This document shows, in pieces, positions 58,471-64,000 of a stretch of 64,000 nt of DNA (position 1 is its first letter; every line of letters begins with the position of its first letter). The notes under the pieces are model-generated. The model was not told the origin of the DNA. It saw nothing but the letters and a program-made list of their open reading frames with translations, and searched no databases. The DNA comes from Tolypothrix carrinoi HA7290-LM1 (lineage in GTDB: Bacteria; Cyanobacteriota; Cyanobacteriia; Cyanobacteriales; Nostocaceae). The translations under genes were made by a program, and so were the position numbers. Location of the stretch: positions 15,955-79,954 of the forward strand of contig JAHHIK010000024.1 in the NCBI GenBank assembly GCA_019358935.1, in the 5' to 3' direction.

Positions 58471-59151
58471 GTGACCTTTTTCAAAAATGCCAAAACCCAA
58501 AATTTGTTGGATGTGGTTTTGGAAGGAAAAACTGAGGAATTCCGGCGTAGGGTGCTGGATTTGGTAGTTAAGACGGGGTTGGAAGCGGATGATCCAATTT
58601 TTCTAGTCTTGCTAGCTACTGGGCGTTTGGAAGTGTTGTTGGAGGAATCTCCTCTGGCGCTAGAGCGTCTGTTTAAGGGATGGACTTCTGAGATTAAGCG
58701 TAGTCTGGATTTGGTGGAGCAGGTTACTCTTGAGCAGCAGAAAAGTGCGATCGCTAAAGCAGCCGGGGATTTAATTCGGCAAGCGGAAAGGAAAGAAGGG
58801 CGACGGTTTTTTACTTCTTTGATACCAGCAATGGCGGTGTTGCTCTCTTGTGTGGGAATCGGTGTATTGTTGGGGATAACGGTTCCTCCCTGGATGGGCG
58901 GGGGATTGACCAAAGAGCGCCGCCTGACAGTAGAGGAAGCTGAAGCCTTGCGCTGGGCGCAGAGTAAAGAAGGGAAGTTTGCCCGCAATCTGATAAAGTG
59001 GAACTCCGGCTCCCTGGACAATTTGGACTGCACTAAGGACGTTTTGCGCCTGGGTGTTACTTTGAAAATTGCTGGAAGACCCTCCACAGCAGGCTTTTGC
59101 ACGATTTGGGTGCAACCCCCAGAAAAGCGCCAATTTAAGAAAGAGGAGTAG
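58471..59151 (+). CDS. DUF6753-like mobilisation-associated membrane protein
   Basis: GLEADDPIFLVLLATGRLE, one TM, LRWAQSKEGKFARNLIKWN; GGAAGGAG before GTG 58471. Confidence 0.7.
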   Translation: MTFFKNAKTQNLLDVVLEGKTEEFRRRVLDLVVKTGLEADDPIFLVLLATGRLEVLLEESPLALERLFKGWTSEIKRSLDLVEQVTLEQQKSAIAKAAGDLIRQAERKEGRRFFTSLIPAMAVLLSCVGIGVLLGITVPPWMGGGLTKERRLTVEEAEALRWAQSKEGKFARNLIKWNSGSLDNLDCTKDVLRLGVTLKIAGRPSTAGFCTIWVQPPEKRQFKKEE

Positions 59152-59165
59152 TTATAACGTCAAGA

Positions 59166-59211
59166 GTAAACTACCTACACCTGTGTGAGTACAGGTACAG
59201 TGGGAGCCTCC
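59166..59211 (-). repeat. Orphan IS200/IS605-like right-end hairpin
   Basis: Minus strand GGAGGCTCCCACTGTACCTGTACTCACACAGGTGTAGGTAGTTTAC resembles the tnpB right end at 2861-2915 and shares its GGTAGTTTAC terminus. Confidence 0.5.
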
Positions 59212-59223
59212 TGCCGGAAATAG

Positions 59224-59348
59224 GTGACAATTGTCACTCTCGCGCTTTTGTTTCATCCTAAAATTTATCGTCCAAGAGCGATAAGCGGAGCTTAAGCCTT
59301 GTCCTGTCGGACACGCTACGCGAACGGCTATCGCGTTATGAAATATGC
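59224..59348 (+). repeat. About 125-bp direct repeat, copy 1
   Basis: GTGACAATTGTCACTCTCG..TTTCATCCTAAAATTTATCG..GCGATAAGCGGAGCTTAAGCCTT..ACGCTACGCGAACGGCTATCGCG.TATGAAATATGC. Confidence 0.85.
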
Positions 59349-59405
59349 AAAAAAGTAAGAATGGGGCATTTGATGAGTTTTAGCTAAAATCGAAGGTAAA
59401 CAAGG

Positions 59406-59753
59406 ATGAAGCTGGAAGATATTGTTAGTAGCATTGTTATAGATCCCCGCAAGCTGACGGATTACGCTCTCAACAGAGATAACCCCGTAGGTGCTGACAA
59501 GGCGGTAATTTTTCAGCGTGATTTAGGTTTTACCATAGATAACTATCAACTTCTGCTAGAACAAATTTCGACTCAAGCCCTAGATGCTGAAGCCCTGAAG
59601 GGGCGTGCCGACGAGCATGGACAACGCTACACTGTAGATTTGGATATTACGGGAACCCAAGGGCAGCGAGAGATTGTTCGTACAGGTTGGATAGTAGAAC
59701 TCGATAGCGATGCAGCTAGATTAGTAACGCTTTATGTTCGGAGGCGAAAATGA
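59406..59753 (+). CDS. DUF6883-like protein (putative toxin)
   Basis: IDPRKLTDYALN..KAVIF..LGF..HGQRY..RTGWI..RLVTLY. Confidence 0.72.
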   Translation: MKLEDIVSSIVIDPRKLTDYALNRDNPVGADKAVIFQRDLGFTIDNYQLLLEQISTQALDAEALKGRADEHGQRYTVDLDITGTQGQREIVRTGWIVELDSDAARLVTLYVRRRK

Positions 59754-60061
59754 CTTATCCAGAACTGTTTGATGTGATTGAATTGTTAGTAAATTTGCCT
59801 TTATATAACCTGCGTGCCGGAGTCCGAGGGGCGATTGTAGAATGTTATGACGATAATACTTATGAAGTAGAGTTTACTAATGAAGAAGGAGAAACTTTAG
59901 CTATTTGTACTCTATCATCTGAGCAATTTATAGTTATCTGGAAAGCTAAAACTAAGAGTTGGTTACCAGTCTCGGAACAGATTTCTGCTGTGATTAACCA
60001 TTTGTCTGAAGAACGTAAGCAGGAAGTATTAGATTTTGCCCGTTCTCTTCGAGCGCGATAG
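59750..60061 (+). CDS. DUF4926-like protein (putative antitoxin/immunity partner)
   Basis: LFDVIEL..LRAGVRGAIVE..YEVEF; ATGA overlap with the previous gene. Confidence 0.75.
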   Translation: MTYPELFDVIELLVNLPLYNLRAGVRGAIVECYDDNTYEVEFTNEEGETLAICTLSSEQFIVIWKAKTKSWLPVSEQISAVINHLSEERKQEVLDFARSLRAR

Positions 60062-60089
60062 TTACTTTAAAAAGGAAAAACGCTCTTGA

Positions 60090-60211
60090 GTGACAATTGT
60101 CACTCTCGGTAGTTCTTTCATCCTAAAATTTATCGACCAAAAGCGATAAGCGGAGCTTAAGCCTTCTCTTACGAGACGCTACGCGAACGGCTATCGCGCT
60201 ATGAAATATGC
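60090..60211 (+). repeat. About 125-bp direct repeat, copy 2
   Basis: Closely similar to 59224-59348. Confidence 0.85.
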
Positions 60212-60304
60212 GTGCAAAGCATTTCTGGTCAACCTTGTCATTGAGAAACCGTGTATTTCCTCAGATAATACGATCTACTATTAAAGGTGGAGAGCTGATA
60301 ACTT

Positions 60305-60946
60305 ATGGTTCAAACAGTTGGGATTACCAAAGCGATTACTAACCTGAATGAGGCACACGCCAAGTTCAAATTAAGCCAGACTCTGAAGAGCGAATTTTTC
60401 ACAGAATGGTTTGAGGATTTACCCGAACTCACTGATAGCGAAAAAGCATCTTTGAATCGGCTGAAGAGTCGCTACCTCTATTATGCCGCAGACGGTGAAA
60501 TCACAGAAGGTACTGTCAATATTATTATGCTATCTCCGCTACTGGAATTAATGGGTTTGTGCGATCCACCTTTTAAGAAGAAGAGTGAGCAATTGGTGAA
60601 GGTTGAAATTGAAAACGGAGGCGAAGAAGAACCAGTATTAGAAGGATTCATTGACGCTTTAGTTGTGCAAAATCGACTCTGGGTGGTGTTAATTGAATCT
60701 AAGCGTTATGGTTTGAGCGTTATGCAGGCTCTCCCACAAACTTTAGCTTACATGATGGCAAACCCTAACTTGGAAATGCCAGTTTTTGGAATGATAACGA
60801 CTGGTGAAGACTATATTTTTATCAAGCTGAATCAGCAGGTGCGTTCCTATGCTCTATCAAACAAGTTTACTCTCTCCAACCCAAGAGAAAACGAGTTGTA
60901 CGAAGTTATGCAGGTGATGAAGCGAATTGTTAGCTTGGTCGTATAG
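60305..60946 (+). CDS. PD-(D/E)XK restriction-endonuclease-like protein (HsdR N-terminal-like)
   Basis: EGTV..GFIDALV..IESKR..ALPQTLAYM..GMITTG. Confidence 0.75.
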   Translation: MVQTVGITKAITNLNEAHAKFKLSQTLKSEFFTEWFEDLPELTDSEKASLNRLKSRYLYYAADGEITEGTVNIIMLSPLLELMGLCDPPFKKKSEQLVKVEIENGGEEEPVLEGFIDALVVQNRLWVVLIESKRYGLSVMQALPQTLAYMMANPNLEMPVFGMITTGEDYIFIKLNQQVRSYALSNKFTLSNPRENELYEVMQVMKRIVSLVV

Positions 60947-61110
60947 TGAAAGTTGGTGAAGAATTTATTGACCAAGTTAAAACAGCCCTACAACGGATCT
61001 ACATTACGCAGAGATAGAGGTCGCGGCTCTAACCGCTGCGTTACAAATTATTTCGGCATTAGGGAGGAAGTTCGCATTTCACTTCCTGACAGTTTCAAAA
61101 AGCATTGCCC

Positions 61111-61157
61111 CAAACCCCGAAAAAAAATTACCCCGCTCCGGTTAAGGTAGCGGGGTT
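61111..61157 (-). terminator. Probable intrinsic terminator
   Basis: ACCCCGCT...AGCGGGGT stem next to an A-run (U-run on the minus strand), downstream of 61186-61518. Confidence 0.6.
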
Positions 61158-61185
61158 GCCGTCCAATGGTGACGGCAATGCATAT

Positions 61186-61518
61186 TTAGGCAGATTTAGC
61201 TGATATTCTTTCAGCACGCTGCTGCTTGTGCAGCTTCCGACGTACTTTGATGGCATCTAGGTCTGCCAATCCGTACAACAACTTTGCTTTCTGAATAAGC
61301 TCGCTCAAGGGCGTTTCTTTGTAGTCCTTGCGGAATTCGGCGTTATGAACTTTCCAGTCGAATTCTTCACCGCTCCATTGGGCTGCGCTTTCCAGTTCAC
61401 GTCCGCTTTCTTCCCGTAAGACTTCCAAAGTCATAAGACGTAATTTTTCCGTGTATGGGATTACGCGGTCTAATGCTTTAGCTTTGGGTTGGACTTGAAC
61501 TTGAGACTTACGTGTCAT
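61186..61518 (-). CDS. Hypothetical protein
   Basis: ORF with GGAG upstream of MTRKSQ; terminator downstream. Confidence 0.65.
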   Translation of the reverse strand: MTRKSQVQVQPKAKALDRVIPYTEKLRLMTLEVLREESGRELESAAQWSGEEFDWKVHNAEFRKDYKETPLSELIQKAKLLYGLADLDAIKVRRKLHKQQRAERISAKSA

Positions 61519-61740
61519 TACATTTTCTCCGTTTTTAACAGTTGATATCATGTGGAAAGCAGCAATAGCTGCATTTACAGTCAGTTAAAAATTGAACTTT
61601 ACTCGCTTCGCTGCGTCCGCGTAGCGGTTCACAGGCATTTACAGCGGTAGCTGGTTATCCAGTTAAATTCAAAGTTTTAAACTTTCACGTATTAGCAGCA
61701 ATCGCTGCTTATTTAATTAAATTCAGCTTGAATCTTCACG

Positions 61741-61778
61741 AAAAAAAAATACTCTGCTTTGGGGGCAGAGCATTTTTT
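61741..61778. terminator. Probable bidirectional terminator
   Basis: A-run, CTCTGC...GCAGAG stem, T-run. Confidence 0.6.
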
Positions 61779-61802
61779 TAGTTAATCAGGCAGTTTGCAA
61801 TT

Positions 61803-62414
61803 TTACTCTAAGGAATCGCCTTCTTCTTCGTCGTCCTCATCTTCATCATCGAACTCCTCTTGGGAGTCCTCGTCCTCCTCATCATCGAGGTCTTCCAGGT
61901 CATCGAGGTCTGCATCGTCCTCATCCTCTTCCTTATTGTTGTTGAATGAGTTACGCTTTTCCAGACTCTGACGATTAAATTCCACCAGGTCAGCAATTGC
62001 CTGTTCGGGAGTCAAATCGATAGTGTCGTATAGCATCGCTAGGGCGAGTGCTACGACTTCTGTGGGATGTTTGAGAGCGTCTGGCGTTCCGAAGAGCCGG
62101 ACAAATACTTTGTTATTCCAGCGGTTCCAGTCCAACTTTTTCCCGTTCTTCTTTTTGACTTGGGCTGCGATGTCAAGTCCGATTTTCTCTCGGCTTGCGT
62201 GACCCACTTTGGTGGCGATTCGCTGGTTGCGAACTTGGAGTTTGACTCCAAATTCTTTGAAGACTGCGTTGCGAAGTTCTTTGAGTAATGCGATCGCTTG
62301 GTCTTCGACGTTGCCTTTAGCTGCAATTGAGGTTGATACCGTCGCTTTTGTGCTGGCAGCACCATTTCCGTTTCCGTTCCGAGCCGTATTAGTGCGAGCT
62401 TTAGCGGTAGTCAT
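61803..62414 (-). CDS. Hypothetical protein with basic N-half and very acidic C-terminal tail
   Basis: 203 aa; the last ~45 aa are mostly D/E. Confidence 0.75.
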   Translation of the reverse strand: MTTAKARTNTARNGNGNGAASTKATVSTSIAAKGNVEDQAIALLKELRNAVFKEFGVKLQVRNQRIATKVGHASREKIGLDIAAQVKKKNGKKLDWNRWNNKVFVRLFGTPDALKHPTEVVALALAMLYDTIDLTPEQAIADLVEFNRQSLEKRNSFNNNKEEDEDDADLDDLEDLDDEEDEDSQEEFDDEDEDDEEEGDSLE

Positions 62415-62675
62415 GAAGTTCCTTTTTTTTAATTTATTGACTTCATGCTCATAGCCGCGTTAGCGGCATTTTTGGTTCTGCCACGTTTGCCGTGGCAATT
62501 AAATTCATTTAATGAATGAAATTTAGATGTAAGTTCTTGCACTTTTTGCTGCGCTCGCTACCCAAAAATAAATTGCCTCTACTGCTATTTTGTATTTATA
62601 CAACTTGAGAAAGAGTTAAATCTTGACTGGGGATTGTTATCAAAGTTATTAGGTTTAAAACAAAAATAAAAATAT

Positions 62676-62824
62676 AGGACTTACGCAACTGGCACATTTA
62701 TCTGAAAACTGTCACATTGAGTTAGTTTTGCTCTAACGTTTATAAATCAATGCTTACAAGCATTAACCTCAAATCCAAATATATGTGCCAGTTGACCTTA
62801 TATTGTGACGCTTGCGTAAGTCCT
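62676..62824. mobile_element. MITE-like element with AGGACTTACGCA ends
   Basis: AGGACTTACGCAACTGGCACAT ... ATGTGCCAGTTG[20 bp]CGTAAGTCCT, flanked by AAAATAT on both sides. Confidence 0.7.
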
Positions 62825-62856
62825 AAAATATTTACTTGATATTCATAGGGTAGTGT

Positions 62857-63885
62857 ATGCGCTTGATAAATGATTGGTCAGCCTTAGCCGCGAAAGGCAC
62901 TCCAATAGTTGGTTTGGAGTATTATTCGACTGATAGGGCAAGCATATTAAACCAGTTCTACAAATGGGGTGCAGAGCGTTCAATGCCCGTTTATTACTGG
63001 AATCCCGGTTATTCCTGTCTTCAGCAGGTGGTGGAGCGTTCAGGGCAAAGTAAGTGCATCTTGCTCCCTACGGATATTGCCCCAAATAAGGATGTGCCGC
63101 AGTTTTTATTGGAGAACAAGCAGGCAGGGATTTTCCTGTTAGAGGGGGTGCTGGAGTTTGACAGCATTGGTCAGGTCAGTGAACGACGTTCTTATCAATT
63201 GATGAACGCTTTCTACCAAGCGTCTTGGGCAACAAGCCAGCAGTTCTGGGTTTTACTGTCCGATTATGTCCAGCTACCCTTGAATTTGCAAGCCTTAATT
63301 CCTATTCTCTCCAACCCACTGCCTGGGCGCGAACAGGTACGCGACACAGTTGCAGATTTTGTCAGCAGAAATTCCGGCGTTGCAGAAGGAAAAGACGATC
63401 CACTGGCTCAGGCTCTCCTTGTTCGGGCTTGTCAGGGATTACCTTTGGGAGAAATTGGGCTGGTATTAGAGCGTAATCTGACGAATGCTCTCACAATTGA
63501 GGAACTAGCACTCGTTGTGCTAGAACACAAAGTTTTCAAGCTGCGGGGGCGGGGTTTGGAATATCTGAACGAGCCGGATGTGCCTTCTTCTGGGGGTTTG
63601 GACTTGCTCGACGAGACGCTCGACAGGGTGACAGCATTGCTAGACCCGGAAGCTGAAAAATACGGGCTAAAGTTTCCTAAAGGCATGATCCTCTGGGGAC
63701 CGCCAGGAACCGGTAAAAGTTTGAGTGCCAAACTTGCCGCTAAGAAGATGGGAGTGCCGCTTTTGGCGGCTGACTGGGGTGGGCTGCGCGGTGCCACTGC
63801 TTATGAGTCAGAGCGAAACCTCCGGTTTTTACTAGAATTAGCCCAGAGCCTTGCTCCTGTTATTCTCTACTTTGATGACTTTGAT
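62857..63885 (+). CDS. AAA+ ATPase (Ycf46-like), 5' exon or truncated
   Basis: GGLDLL, PKGMILWGPPGTGKSL; Walker B ILYFDDFD ends abruptly where GTGCG begins. Confidence 0.8.
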
Positions 63886-64000
63886 GTGCGATTCGTTCAG
63901 TCGAAATGAGTAGGAATACTCAAGGATGACTGGCAGGGAAACAGAAGGGGAAAACCCAACTGAACCTTGACAACTTGATTACCGTGCGGTGAATTTAGGC
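63886..64000 (+). mobile_element. Probable group II intron, 5' end
   Basis: GTGCGATTCGTT matches the GUGYG 5' consensus exactly where the AAA reading frame loses its expected continuation. Confidence 0.72.

Noticed and set aside
57043..59133. Minus-strand ORFs 57043-57618, 58341-59102 and 58771-59133
   Set aside because: Antisense shadows of well-supported plus-strand genes; the same applies to most short overlapping ORFs in the track.
1..64000. Frequent GCGATCGC palindromes
   Set aside because: HIP1, a known genome-wide cyanobacterial feature; used only as a host clue.

Overview
This window looks like part of a large conjugative plasmid from a filamentous cyanobacterium (many HIP1 GCGATCGC sites, cyanobacterial-type T4SS genes). 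In order it holds: a decayed Tn3-family end (internally deleted TnpA, nonsense-mutated tyrosine recombinase, 39-bp terminal IR); an IS200/IS605 tnpB split by a 198-bp MITE; a VirB4/VirB10-type mating-pair cluster; a complete 6,048-bp Tn7-like element (TnsAB fusion, TnsC, short TniQ, perfect 26-bp ends, 5-bp TSD); an RdRP-like two-barrel polymerase gene (DFDGD); a HipA-kinase/HIRAN pair; a PRTRC-like ubiquitin cassette; Gp157, RecG and a primase; a hydrolase + C25 protease + CHAT-nSTAND1-WD40 cassette; relaxase/mobC; parM-parR with 11-bp-periodic repeats; repeat-flanked accessory genes; and an AAA ATPase cut by a probable group II intron. The best lead is the Tn7-like element. It has no Cas and no full-length TnsD, and it sits 43 bp upstream of the palindromic operator of a plasmid ribbon-helix-helix (RHH)-type gene. 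It also carries a diverged copy of that gene and operator, preceded by a relic transposon end at nearly the same spacing. This suggests site-specific targeting of a plasmid regulator locus, possibly guided by the RHH protein. All family assignments come from recognising motifs by eye; no database searches were run.
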